From NCBI RefSeq assembly GCF_004010195.1, contig NC_057718.1, positions 72,741,187-72,805,186 on the forward strand: a stretch of 64,000 bases of DNA, given 5' to 3'. The position numbers and the translations under genes are program-made. Shown here piece by piece: positions 12,458-25,695 of the stretch (the first letter of the stretch is position 1; every line of letters starts with the position of its first letter). The stretch is from Chiloscyllium plagiosum (lineage: Eukaryota). The notes under the pieces were generated by a model. That model was not told the origin of the DNA, searched no databases, and saw only the letters and a program-made list of their open reading frames with translations.

Positions 12458-13650
12458 TGTTATGAAGTTAAAGACGTGTACTGTACCTTTAAAAGAGTGA
12501 ATACTGTTTTGCACTGAGAATTTAAAAGCACCTGTCATATAACTAGTTAGCAGTCTCAGAGTGTACTGGGAAATTGAAAATATGTAACATTTGGCTAGGA
12601 GACAAATACCCAAGTTGGTTGTTGTTCTGACAGCAATTCAAAATTAATCAGTTTAAATTATGCCCCAGGATACAAAAACCCAGTCAAGTTTGAATTTATG
12701 GTTTTTGCAAATCTCAAACCAGTGAGATGATCCGTTGTATAAGCAGGCATTTTCAAAGACAGATAGAGAGTAACTGCCATCGAGAAACACTGCCATTCAA
12801 AAACACTCTCTAACAAAAGTACCTTGTTCATATGAAAAATATTCGCAATAAAAGATTCACGACAACCCAGGGAGATCTTCAGCCAAAAGAAGAAAGACAC
12901 TGATGAGGACAGCTGCTGTGTGGTTTTGAAATTAAGTGGTTTTGAAATTAAGTTGATGTAACTTTAATAAAGGTTTTTATTGGAACAGTATATTGTATAG
13001 AGTTGGAGGCAGACAACTCTGTTGTTAAGAAAAAGAGGGGCTTACAGTTGTGAATAGTTGTTGTCTAATGTTCACCTTTAGAGTTAAGGAATAAATTGAT
13101 AGTATTTTTTCTTTAAATAGTGGAATTTGGGGAGTTCTCTGTCATTCATACTTTGGCAAGGTGAGCTTTTCTGGATGTTTGGTTTAATTAACAGAACGGT
13201 TCATTGCTTGTCGTAACAGTTTGGGGGCTTGGGTCTGTGATTTGGACAGGTTTAGACAGATCCAGTCTGACCTTTTGACAGATTTGAACAGATTTGGGGT
13301 AGGAAAGATCCCAGCAGATTTAAACACTTGCCAACTAGTGTCCTAGATCTTTAAATAAAACATGGGAGAGACAATTTGTTTAATTTCAGTTACTTGTGGT
13401 TGGTTAAATTAAAAATGAGAGAAATGGCTCTTAAGATTGCTAAAGAGGTTCTGAGATTTGAAGTTGATTCCCAAATTTGCCAAGAAAGTTTATAAAGACA
13501 CAAGAAGGTCATAGTTTTAGAATTAGCAAAGGGGTTAGAATTGGATCTAACCAAGGACAAAAGTAAAGCTGAAATTGTAAGGGAGTTAGTCAAGCACTTA
13601 GGTGTATCAGAGCAACAGACAGTGTAGTACAGTGAGAAAAACTTAAATTA
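12458..13650 (+). mobile_element. Truncated second LTR element (Gypsy-like): LTR 12458-13218, PBS-Pro, gag N-terminus
   Basis: TGTTATGA...TCGTAACA inverted termini; AATAAA inside; TGGGGGCT at 13222 (tRNA-Pro PBS start); decayed reading MALKIAKEVL...VLELAKGLELDLTKDKSKAEIVRELVKHL from ~13424. Confidence 0.75.
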
Positions 13651-14070
13651 CACACCATATTAAATATGGATTCTGGTCTATCCTACCTCATGCTAAATGC
13701 CAAGATATGTTTGCATTTATGGTGGCATAGGCCCGATATACTTGGACCTGACTGCCTCAAAGATTTCATATTAGCCCAGCCAGTGATGGATGCTTTGAAA
13801 GGAGTCCAGCTAATTCTGGAATGAGTAATCCTTTAATATGTAGACAACCTACTAATTGCCTCAATAAACCCAGCTAGCCACACTAAGGTCTTAGCAAAAA
13901 TCCTCTCAGTATTAGAAACAGTTGGCCTAGAAGCCAATTCCATCAAACTTCAGCTAGAAAGGGACCAAGTCACCTATCTGGGATACGACATCAGCATAGC
14001 ATCCCAAGCTCTCCCATGGAGAGAAGCAGTGCAGAACATGTCCCAACTAATTACAGTCAGGAAAATTAGT
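13650..14070 (+). pseudogene. ERV reverse transcriptase core (degraded)
   Basis: GFWSI...FAF...YTWT*LPQRFHISPA (13752-13781), YVDNLLIA (13837-13860, decayed YVDD), KLQL..QVTYLGY (13945-13986). Confidence 0.9.
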
Positions 14071-14840
14071 TAATAGTTAGAGGATCAGATAGAAGGTTTG
14101 TTGGAAATGAACAAGACTCACGGTGTGCTGCCTTTCAGGTGCCAGGATTGGAGAGGTCTTGGATCATGTCTTTGGGGTCTTGAAGGGAGAGGGGAACCAG
14201 CCCCAAGTCGTGGTCTATGTAGGTACCAACAACATAGGTTGAAAGAGGGATAGGGATGTAAGGCAGTACTTTAAGGAGTTAGGGTGGAAGCTGAGAGCTA
14301 AAACAAACAAACAAACAAACAAACTAACAGACAGACAGAGTTGTTATCTCTGGTTTGTTACCCATGCTACGTGAGAGCGAGGCAAGGAATAGGGAAAGAT
14401 ATCAGTTGAACATATGGCTGCAGGGATGTGCAGGAGGGAGAGTTTCAGGAACATGGATAATTCTGGGAAAATGGGACCTCTACAAACAGGATGGTGTTCA
14501 CTTGAACCAGAGGGGTACTAATTAATATCCTGGGTGGGAAACGTGCTGGTGCTATTCGGGTGGGTTTAAACTAGTTCAGGAGGGGGATGGGAACTTGAGG
14601 TGTAGCTCCAGCGCACAGGAGGATGAGAGTAGGGAGGGCCTGGATAGGATTTTACAGTCACAGAAATGTGCTGGCAGACTGCAAGCTGGTTTAAAGTGTG
14701 TCTACTTCAACGCCAGAAGTATCCAAAACTTTTGACGAGGATTTGTCTACTGAGGTAGTATGGGCTAAGGTGAGAAACAGGAGAGGAGAGGTCATACTGC
14801 TGGAAGATTTTTTTTTATAGGTCTTTTATAGGATTTTTTT

Positions 14841-15153
14841 TGGTGGCACGGTCACACAGTGGTTAGCACTGCTGCCTCACAGCGCTGGAGACCCGGGTTC
14901 AATTCCCGACTCAGATGACTGACTGTGTGGAGTTTGCACATTCTCCCAGTGTCTGCGTGGGTTTCCTCCGGGTACTCCGGTTTCCTCCCACAGTCCAAAG
15001 ATGTGTAGGTCAGGTGAATTGGCCATGCTAAATTGCCCGTAGTGTTAGGTAGAGGGGTAAATGTAGGGTAATGGGTGGGTTACGCTTCGGCGGGTCGGTG
15101 TGGACTTGTTGGGCCGAAGGGCCTGTTTCCACACTGTAAGTAATCTAATCTAA
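14841..15153 (+). mobile_element. HE1-like SINE
   Basis: Family copy. Confidence 0.88.
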
Positions 15154-17176
15154 TTAAGAGAGATTGAGGAGCAGCAAGTCCTGACAAGCTAAAAGGCCTC
15201 TGCAGAGTTCCAGGGATGTGGAGGAGGATAGACAAAACGATACTGGATAGGAGTGAAAGCAACAGGGTGGACTTTAACTTCCCCAACATTGACTGGAAAT
15301 GCTGTAACTCTAGTACATAGGATGGATCAGTTTTTGCCCAGTGAGCAGGAGGGTTTCCTGACACAGTATGTCGATGGGCCGACAAGAGGGGAAGCTGCAC
15401 TGGATCTGGTGTTTGGGTAATGAACCAGGCCAGATGTTTGATTTAGTGGTAGGTGAGCACTTTGAGAAAGTGGCCATAATTCAGTTACGTTTAGTTGAGC
15501 GATGGAAAGGGATACGTACATGCCACAAAGGAAAGAGTTATCAATGGAGCAAGGGCAATAATAATGCAATTAGGCAAAACTAAGGAGGCACAGAATGGGG
15601 TAGCAAAATGCAGGGGATGGGGACAATCGAAACGTGGAGCTGGTTTAAGGAACAGATATTGCATATCCTTGATAGGTATGTCCCTGCCAGGCAGGGAGTG
15701 AGTGATACGGTAAGGGAACAGTAGTTTACTACAGAAATTGCATCTCTTGTTAAGGGGAAGGAGGCGGCTTACGTGACAATGAGACGAGATGGTTCAGATA
15801 GAGTCAGAGTCAGATGTACAGCACGGTCCAACCCGTCCATGCCGACCAGATATCCCAACCCAATCTAGTCCCACTTGACCCAGCCCATATCCCACCAAAC
15901 CCTTCCTATTCATATACCCATCCAAATGCCTTTTAAATGCTGCAATTGTATCAGCCTCCATCATTTCCTCTAGCAGCTCATTCCATATACATACCACACT
16001 CTGCGTGAAAACGTTGCCCTTCAGGTTTCTTTTATATCTTTCCCCTCTCACCCTAAATCTATGCCCTCTAGTTATGGACTCCCCGACCCCAGGGAAAACA
16101 CTTTGTCTATTTATCCTATCCATGCCCCTCATGATTGTATAACCATCTATAAGATCACCCCTCAGCCTCCGACGCTCCAGGGAAAAACAGCCCCAGCCTG
16201 TTCAGCCTTTCCCTATAACTCAAATCCTCCAACCCTGGCAATATCCTTATAAATCTTTTCTGAACGATTTCAAGTTTCACAACATCTTTCCGATACGAAA
16301 GAGACCAGAATTGCACACAATATTCCAATAGTGGCCTAACCAACGTCCTGTACAGCCGCAACATGACCACTCAACTCCTGTACTCAATACTCTTACCAAT
16401 AAAAGAAAGCATACCAAACACCTTATTCACTATCCTATCTATCTGCGACTCCACTTTCAAGGAGCTACGAACATGCACTCCAAGGTGTCTTTGTTCAGCA
16501 ACACTACCTCAGACCTTACCATTAAGGTGTTTAAGTCCTGCTAAGATTTGTTTTCCCAAAATGTAGCACCTTGCATTTATCTGAATTAAACTCCATCTGC
16601 CACTTCTCAGCCCATTGGCCCATCTGATCAAGATCATGTTGTAATCAGAGGTAACATTTTTCGCTGTCCACGACACCTCCAATTTTGGTGTATCTGCAAA
16701 CTTACTAACTATACCTGTTATGCTCACATCCAAATCATTGATGTAATTGACAAAAAGTAAAGGGCCCAGCACCGATCCTTGGTCACAGGCCTCCAGTCTG
16801 AAAAACAACCCTCCACCACCACCCTCTTCTACCTTTGTGCCAGTTCTGTAATCAAATGGCTAGTTCTCTCTGTATTCCGTGAGATCTAATCTTGCTAACT
16901 AGTCTCTCATGGGGAACCTTATCGAATGCCTTACTGAAGTCCACATAGATCACATCTACTGCTCTGCCATTATCAATCCTCTTTGTTACTTCTTCAAAAA
17001 ACTCGTTAGTGAGTCATGATTTCCCACACACAAAGCTATGTTGACTATCCCTAATCAGTTATTGCCTTTCCAAATACATGTACATCCTGTCCCTCAGGAT
17101 TCCCTCCAACAACTTGTCCACCACTGACGTCAGACTCACTGGCCTATAGTTCCCTGGCTTGTTCTTACCACACTTC

Positions 17177-17474
17177 AGGCGGCACGGTGGCACAGTGGTT
17201 AGCACTGCTGCCTCACAGCACCAGAGACCCGGGTTCAATTCCCGCCTCAGGCGACTGACTGTGTGGAGTTTGCACGTTCTCCCCGTGTCTGCGTGGGTTT
17301 CCTCCGGTTTCCTCCCACCATCCAAAGATGTGCAGGTCAGGTGAATTGCCCGTAGTGTTCGTAAGGGGTAAATGTAGGGGTATGGGTGGGTTGCGCTTCG
17401 GCGGGTCGGTGTGGACTTGTTGTGCCGAAGGTCCTGTTTCCACACTGTAATGTAATCTAATCTAATCTAATCTA
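17177..17474 (+). mobile_element. HE1-like SINE
   Basis: Family copy. Confidence 0.9.
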
Positions 17475-17701
17475 AAAACTTCTTAAAACAGTGGCACCAC
17501 GTTAGCCAACCTCCAGTCTTCTGGCACCTCACCTGTGACAATCGGTGATGCAAATATCTCAGCAAGAGGCCCAGCAATCACTTCTCTAGCTTCCCAGAGT
17601 TCTCGGGTACACCTGATCAGGTCCTGGGGATTTATCCAATTTCATGTGTTTCAAGACATCCAGCATTTCCTCCTCTGTAATATGGACATTTTATCAAGAT
17701 G

Positions 17702-18570
17702 TCAGATTACAACAGGATCTGGACCAGATGGGCCAATGGGCTGAGAAGTGGCAGGAGAAAGTGAGGTCTGCAGATGCTGGAGATCAGAGCTGAAAATGTG
17801 TTGCTGGAAAAGCGCAGTAGGTCAGGCAGCATCCAGGGAACAGGATGAGAAGTGGCAGATGGAGTTTAATTCAGATAAATGCGAGGTGCTGCAGTTTGGG
17901 AAAGCAAATCTTAGCAGGACTTTTACACTTAATGGTAAGGTCCTAGGGAGTCTTGCTGAACAAAGAGACCTTGGAATGCAGGTTCATAGCTCCTTGAAAG
18001 TGGAGTCGCAGGTAGATAGGATAGTGAAGAAGGCATTTGGTATGCTTTCCTTTATTGGTCAGAGTATTGAGTACAGGAGTTGGGAGGTCATGTAGCGGCT
18101 GTACAGGACATTGGTTAGGCGACTGTTGGAATATTGCGTGCAATTCTGGTCTCCTTCCTATCGGAAAGATGTTGTGAAACTTGAAATCGTTCAGAAAAGA
18201 TTTACAAGGATGTTGCCAGGGTTGGAGGATCTGAGCTACAGGGAGAGGCTGAACAGGTTGGGGCTGTTTTCCCTGGAGCTTTGGAGGCTGACAGGTGATC
18301 TTATCGAGCTTTACAAAATTATGAGGGGTATGGATAGGATAAATAGACAAAGTCTTTTCCCTGGGGTCAGGGAGTCCAGAACGAGGGGGCATAGGTTTAG
18401 GGCAAGAGGGGAAAGATATAAAAGAGACCTATGGGGCAACTTGTTCACTCAGAGGGTAGTACATGTATGGAATGAGCTGGCAGGTGGGACTAGATTGGGT
18501 TGGGATAGCTGGTCGGCATAGACGGATTGGACCGAAGGGTTTATTTCCATGCTGTACATCTCTATGACTA
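17702..18570 (+). mobile_element. CR1 3' fragment nested in CR1 B
   Basis: WQMEFNSDKCEVL, LEYCVQFWSPSYRKD, CR1 tail. Confidence 0.85.
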
Positions 18571-20608
18571 TGTCACCATCTATTTCCCTACATTCTATAT
18601 CTTCCATGTTCTTTTCCACTGTAAATACTGATGCAAAATAGTCATTTAGTATTTCCCCCATTTTCCGCGGCTCCACATAAAGGCCACCTTGCTGATTTTG
18701 AGGGGCCCTATTTTCTCCCTAGTTACCCTTTTGTCCTTAATATATTTGTTAAAACCCCTTTGGATTCTCCATAACTCTACTTGCCAAAGCTATCTCAAGA
18801 CCCCTTTTTGCCCTCCTGATTTCCCTCTTAAGTATACTCCTACTTTCTTTATACTCTAAGGATTCACTCGATCTATCCTGTCTATACCCGACATATGCTT
18901 CCTTCTTTTTCTTAACCAAACCCTCAATTTCTTTAGTCATCCAGCATTCCCTATACCTACCAGTCTTTCCTTTCACCCAAACAGGAATATACTTTCTCTG
19001 GATTCTCGTTATCTCATTTCTGAAGGCTTCACATTTTCCAGCCGTCCCATTACTTGCAAACATTTGCCCTCAATCAGCTTTCGAAAGTTCTTGCCTAATA
19101 CCTTCAAAATTGGCCTTTCTCCAATTTAGAATTTCAACTTTTAGATCTGGTCCATCCTTTCCATCGCTATTTTAAATCGAATAGAATTATGGTCGCTGGC
19201 CCCAAAGTGCTCCCCACTGACACCTCAGTCACCTGCCCTGCCTTATTTCCCAGGAGTAAGTCAAGTTTTGCACCTTCTCTAGTAGGTACATCCCTATACT
19301 GAATCAGAAAAGTTTCTTGTCCACACTTAAAAATTCCTCTCCATCTAAATCCTTAACACTATGGCAGTCCCAGTCGATGTTTGGAAAGTTAAAATCCCCT
19401 ACCATAACCACGATTCTTATAGATAGCTGAGATCTCCTTACAAGTTTGTTTCTCAATTTTCCTCTGACTATTGGGGGGTCTATAATACAATACCAATAAG
19501 GTGATCATCCCTTACTTATTTCTCCGTTCCACCCAAATAACTTCCCTGGATATATTTCCCGCAATATCCTCCCTCAGTACAGCTGTAATGCTATCCCTGA
19601 ACAAAAACACCACTCCCCCTCCTCTCTTGCCTCCCTTTCTATCCTCCCTGTAACATTTGTATCCTGGAACATTAAGCTACCAGTCCTGTCCATTCTGAGC
19701 CATGTTTCTGTATTGCTATGAGATCCCAGTCCCATGTTCCTAACCATGTCCTGAGTTCATCCGCCTTCCTTTACATTGAAATAAATGCAGTTTAATTTAT
19801 TAGTCCTACCTTGTCCCTGCCTGCCCTGACTGTTTGACTTGCTTCTGTTCTCAACTGTACCAGTCTCAGATTGCTCTCCCTGGGTCCCCCCCCAACATAC
19901 TAGTTTAAATCCTCCCGAGAACCTCTAGCAAATTTCCCTGCCAGTATATTAGTCCCCTTCCAATTTAGTGGCAATCTGTCCTTCCTGTACAGGTCACTTC
20001 TACCCCAAAAGAGATTCCAATGGTCCAAAAATGTGAATCCTTCCCCCATACCAGCTCCTCAGCCATGCATTCATCTGCTCTGTCCTCCTATTCCTGCCCT
20101 CACTAGCTCGTAGCACTGGAAAGAATCCAGATATTACTAATCTCAAGGACCTCCTTTTTAAATTCCTGCCTAACTCTCTGTAAGCTCCCTTCTGAATCTC
20201 AGCGAAATTGCCCGTAGTGTTAGGTAAGGGGTAAATGTAGGGGTATGGGTGGGTTACGCTTCGGCGGGTCGGTGTGGACTTGTTGGGCCGAAGGGCCTGT
20301 TTCCACACTGTAATGTAATGTAATGTAATCTAATCTAATCAACCTTTCCCTTCCTATGCCGTTGGTTCCAATGTTGACAATGACCGCTTGCTGGCCCCTC
20401 TTCCCCTTGAGAACATTCTGCACCCTCTCAGACATCCTTGATCCTGGCACCAGGGAAGCAACATAACATTCTGATTTTTCGCTGCTGGCCACAGAAACGT
20501 CTGTCTGTACCTTGGACTCGAGAATCCCCCAACACAATTGATCTCTTGGAACCCGATGTACCCCTCATTGCATTAGAGCCAGTCTCAATACCAGAAATTT
20601 GGCTGTTC

Positions 20609-20931
20609 GGGCGGCACGGTAGCACAGTGGTTAGCACTGCTGCTTCACAGCGCCAGAGACCCGGGTTCAATTCCCGCCTCAGGCGACTCTCTGTGTGGAG
20701 TTTGCACATTCTCCCCGTGTCTGCGTGGGTTTCCTCCGGGTGCTCCGGTTTCCTCCCACAATCCAAAAAAATGTGCAGGGGTTAGGTGAATTGGCCATGC
20801 TAAATTACCCGTAGTGTTAGGTGAAGGGGTAAATGTAGGAGAATGGGTCTGGGTGGGTTACGCTTCGGCGGGTCGGTGTGGACTTGTTGGGCCGAAGGGC
20901 CTGTTTCCACACTGTAAGTAATCTAATCTAA
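20609..20931 (+). mobile_element. HE1-like SINE (a 3' half copy lies at ~20205-20341)
   Basis: Family copy. Confidence 0.9.
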
Positions 20932-21202
20932 TTCCCGGTGAATTGATCACCCTCTACATTTTCCAAAACACCATACTTGTTTGAAATGGAGATAGCCACA
21001 GAAGACTCCTACACTAACTGCCTACCTCTCTTACCTTTCCTGGAGTTAACACATCAATGTGACTGTATCTGCGACTTTACCCCTTTCTATAACTGCCATC
21101 TATCACATGCCGATCCTGTTGCAAATTCCTCACTGCCTCTAACTGTCTCTCCAACCGATCCATTCGATCTGATAGGATTCGCAACCAACAGCAATCATTG
21201 CA

Positions 21203-22421
21203 AAGTTTGTGCGAGGTTTTGTAGCTCGGGTGCTCGTCGTTGTGGTTCTGTTCGCCGAGCTGGAAGTTTTTGTTGCAAACATTTCGTCCCCTGGCTAGGC
21301 GACATCATCAGTGCTTGGGAGCCTCCTGCGAAGCGCTTCTTTGATGTTTCCTCCGGTCTGTCCCTGCCGCTTCCGGTTGTCAGTTTCAGCTGTCCGCTGT
21401 AGTGGTTGGTATATTGGGTCCAGGTCGATGTGTTTGTTGATGGAGTTTGTGGATGAATGCCATGCCTCTAGGAATTCCCTGGCTGATCTCTGTTTGGCTT
21501 GCCCTATGATAATAGTGTTGTCCCAGTCGGATTCATGTTGCTTGTTGTCTGCGTGTGTGGCTACTAAGGATAGCTGGTCGTGTCGTTTCGTGGCTAGTTG
21601 ATGTTCATGTATGCGGATTGTTAGCTGTCTTCCTGTTTGTCCTATATAGTGTTGAGTGCAGTCCTTGCATTGTATTTTGTACACTACATTCGTGGCTACA
21701 GGAAAGCCACACACACAGACCAAGTCCTAAATCATGAAAGTAACCACCCCAACACACACAAACGAAGCTGCATCAGGACACTATTCAAAAGGGCCACAAC
21801 ACAGCTGGAAGTTTTTGTTGCAAATGTTTCGTCCCCTGTCTAGGCGACATCATCAGTGCTTGGGAGCCTCCTGCGAAGCGCTTCTTTGATGTTTCCTCCG
21901 GTGTTTATAGTGGTCTTTCCCTGCCGCTTCCGGTTGTCAGTTTCAGCTGTCCTCTTTAGTGGTTGGTATATTGGGTCCAGGTCGATGTGTTTGTTGATGG
22001 AGTTTGTGGATGAATGCCATGCCTCTAGGAATTCCCTGGCTGTTCTCTGTCTGGCTTGCCCTATGATAGTAGTGTTGTCCCAGTCGAATTCATGTTGCTT
22101 GTTGTCTGCGTGTGTGTGAATTTGACTGGGACAACACTACTATCATGGGGCAAGCCAGACAGAGAACAGCCAGGGAATTCCTAGAGGCATGGCATTCATC
22201 CACAAACTCCATCAACAAACACATCGACCTGGACCCAATATACCAACCACTACAGCGGACAGCTGAAACTGACAACCGGAAGCGGCAGGGACAGACCACT
22301 ATAAACACCGGAGGAAACATCAAAGAAGCGCTTCGCAGGAGGCTCCCAAGCACTGATGATGTCGCCTAGCCAGGGGACGAAACGTTTGCAACAAAAACTT
22401 CCAGCTCGGCGAACAGAACCA
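21203..22421. mobile_element. Penelope-like insertion: two minus-strand terminal repeats, a short RT fragment and one plus-strand repeat
   Basis: GIY-YIG peptide NVVYKIQCKDC..YIGQTGR..RIHEH..REFLEAW; RT thumb YRKATHTDQVLN at ~21695-21800; 17-bp flanking duplication (1 mismatch) at 21186-21202 and 22422-22438. Confidence 0.9.
22350..22389 (+). ncRNA. Minimal type I hammerhead ribozyme motif
   Basis: GCA-CTGATGA-T-GTCGCCT(AGCC)AGGGGAC-GAAA-CG-TT-TGC: conserved core, stem II, palindromic stem III, stem I GCA/TGC. Confidence 0.75.
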
Positions 22422-25400
22422 CAACAGCAATTATTGCAGATATAATTCACAATAACCTGTAAACTCTCCTTAAACTCCCACATCTGACAAGAAGCGCATA
22501 TCCCTCTACTAAAGGCCATTTTAGCTCCTTCGCAATCTACAGACCCCGACAATAACACAGTTATTCCTCTACAAAACACTGCTCCAGGTTAAATTAATAG
22601 TTAGGGCTTATATTTTAAGTTCAAGCAAGCGACATATCTCAAAAAATATAATCAAAAAAGAACCCACTCTACTCACTCCTGCAAACTCTGTCGGCTACAC
22701 TTAAAACTATTCACTTATCTGATTCTGTGCTGTGACTTTGCCCAAAACAGTTCCTCCAAGATCAGTTGTGAATTTCACTGTTTGTTAATTTTCTCAGCTG
22801 CACTCGGATGTCCAGCGATACATGAACTCAAACAACAAAGGCAGTAACTGTGCAGGTACACTGTGGTGTCAGTTTCTTTCTCTCTCTCTTACACTGGCCT
22901 CACCATGTGCTTCCTTTGTCTGTTCTTCTCCCTTTTAAAACTGCTGTTGTTTTTGACTTTTTTTTCCAAAGTTCCAAAACAATGCAACAGCATATGAAAC
23001 AGTGATTGCTGCTTGTGGAATTCAAGGAAATCACCTCCAACACTTAAAATACCTCAATAAAAAAGGAGCAGCTGTTACAGCCAGAAATTTTTCCCGTCCT
23101 CCATCTTGGATTAACCAGATGAGACAATGGAGAGTTACAGATTAGCTAGGAAGGTTTTAAAGAGAGAGTTAAGAAGAGCAACGAGAGGACATGAGCAGTC
23201 TTTAGCAGATAGAATAAAGGAAAACCTTAAAGCTTTCTGAAGATATGTTAGGAATAAAAGGATGACTAGGGTAGGAATGGGGCAGTCAAAGACATAAGTG
23301 GGAAGTTGAGTGTGGACCCTGTGGAGATTGGAGAGGTGCTAAACGAATATTTCTCATCTGTTTTCACTCAGGAAAAGGAGAATATTGTAGAGGAGAAGGA
23401 TGAGATATGAAATATTAGACTAGAAAGGATCGAAGCTAGCTACGAAGAGGGGTTATCAATTCTAGACAGAATGAAAGCAGACAAGTCCCCTGGGCCAGAT
23501 GGGATTTATCTGGGATTCTCTGGGAAGCTAGGGTGGTGTTGGAGCCTTCGGCTTTGATCTTTGAGTTGTCGTTGTCTACAGGTTTAGTACCAGAAGACTG
23601 GAGGATTGCTAATTTTGTGTTCTTATTCAAGAAGGGCAGTAGAGATGATCCAGGTAATTATAGACCAGTGAGCCTTATGTCTGTTGTAGAAAAAGTTGTG
23701 GAAAGGATTATAAGAGATAGGATTTATAATCATCTAGCAAGCAACAATTTGGTTGCAGATAGTCAACACAGTTTCGTCAAGGGCAGGTCATGGCTCACAA
23801 ATGCCACTGAGTTTTTTGAGAAGATGAGGGTACGGCAGTTGACGTGGTGAATATGGACTTCAGGCTGTTGAAGAAAATGCAGAGGCATGGGATTGAGGGT
23901 GATTTAGCAGTTTGGATTAGAAACTGGCTTACTATAAGGAGGCAGCGAGTGGTGGTTGATGGAAAGTATTCAGTTTGGAGAGCCGGCTATGAGTAGTGCG
24001 CCACAAGGATCGGTTTTGGGACCACTGCGGTTTGTCATTTTATAAATGATTTAGATGCAGGCATAAGTGGATGGGTTAGTAAGTTTGCAGATGACACTAA
24101 AGTTGGTGGTGTAGTGGACAATGTGGAAGAATGTTGCAGATTGCAGGGGGACATGGATAAACTGCAGAATTGGGCTGAGGGGTGGCAAATGGGAGTTCAA
24201 TGCAGATAAATGTGAGGTGATTCACTTTGGGACGAATAACAGGAAGGCAGAATACTGGGTCAATGGAAAGATTCATGGTAGTCTGGGTGTGCAGAGAGAT
24301 CTTGGAGTCCATGTGCATTGATCTCTGAAAGTTGCCACCCCAGTTGATAGTGCTGTTAAGGAGGCATATACAGTGTGTTAGGTTTTATTGGGAGAGGGAT
24401 TGAATTCCGGAGACGTAATGTCATGCTGCAACTATACAAAAAGCTAGTGTGGCCACACTTGGAGTATTGTGCACAGTTCTGTTCGCCCCATTACAGGAAG
24501 GATGTGGAAGCATTGGAAAAGGTGCAGAGGAGATTTACCAGAATGTTGCCTGGTCTGGAAGGAAGGTCTTATAAGGAAAGGCTAAGACACTTAGGTCTGT
24601 TCTCAGTGGAAAAAAGAAGGCTGAGAGGGGATTTGATAGAGACATACAAGATCATCAGAGGATTAAATAGGGTATACAGTGGAAGCAATTTTCCTAGGAT
24701 GATCATGTCAGCTTGTATGAGGGGGCATACCCTCAAATTGAGGGGGGGATAGATTTAAGACAGATATCAGAGGCAGGTTCTTTAAGGGCGTGGAATGCCC
24801 TGCCTATCAATGTAGTTAACTCAGCTACATTAGGGAGATTTAAACAATGCTTGGATAAACCCATGGATGATGATGGGATAGTGTAGAGGGATTAGCTTAG
24901 ACTAGTTCACAGGTCAGTTCAACATCGAGGGCCAAAGGGCCTCTTCTGCACTGTATTGTTCTAATGTTCTAAACCTTAGTACCTAGGATCTTTCTGAAAA
25001 GGCTAGTCCACTTCAAGGACTAGCCAAATCACAGCCAAGGATCAGAGCGAGTCAGAGATGTACAGCATGGAAACAGACCCTTCAGTCCAACCCGTCCATG
25101 CCGACCAGATATCCCAACCCAATCTAGTCCCAGGAACAAGTAACCTTTGTTCAACTCAAAACGGCAATGTGCTCTACACTAGCCTTAGGGTTATCGCATA
25201 TAAGCAAATCATGTCACCTGTACCAATTCCAGAATGGGAATTACATGCAGTAGTAACTCAGAACTGTACAGAAATAAACAGACCTATAGGATATTACACC
25301 ACAAAACAACCTCTATTAATGATTAGCATCAGGACTACCAACTAAATAGACTGCATGGCATGGCAGGACAAGTAACATAGCTCCTTACCCAAATGGGACA

Positions 25401-25695
25401 CATAATACTGCACACTGGTATAATTATCAAACACAAGATGACTACAGTTAGTCTCAGACAGTCAGAGAGCTTAATCAGGAAGCAGTTTGCCACAATACGA
25501 GGGAGTAACAATTGTAAGAGATACAGGCATGAACCCCGCCACTTATTTGATACAGGAAGGTCAGCAGCACAAACATAGGGGTGGGGGAGGTAATGGTTAG
25601 GAGGTAGGATTGCAGAAGATTCTTTCGAAAGAAAAGCAGTTGGTACATATATTGTTGATGGATCATGAAAGTATGTGGATGGCGAACCAAGGAGA

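Larger units (their letters stand above)
15800..23117 (-). mobile_element. Near full-length degraded CR1 LINE B (5' UTR, ORF1 zinc finger + SGNH esterase, ORF2 EN-RT, tail), itself carrying nested insertions
   Basis: CASCQMWE..YICNNC, VLGDS..GTDRRFCG..FPGARIKDV..NIGTN, GSVLGPLLF, VRPLLEYCVQFWS; 5' UTR matches 48250-48810. Confidence 0.9.
14075..24970 (+). mobile_element. CR1 LINE A (ORF1 end, ORF2, tail), split by CR1 B at 15800-23117
   Basis: Endonuclease fragments 14700-15790; RT motifs PGNYRPVSL, FADDTK, RPHLEY-like 23540-24750; sequence resumes across cagat junctions (15795 / 23117). Confidence 0.85.

Noticed and set aside
14301..14338. (AAAC)n/(AGAC)n microsatellite
   Set aside because: Ordinary slippage expansion inside a CR1.
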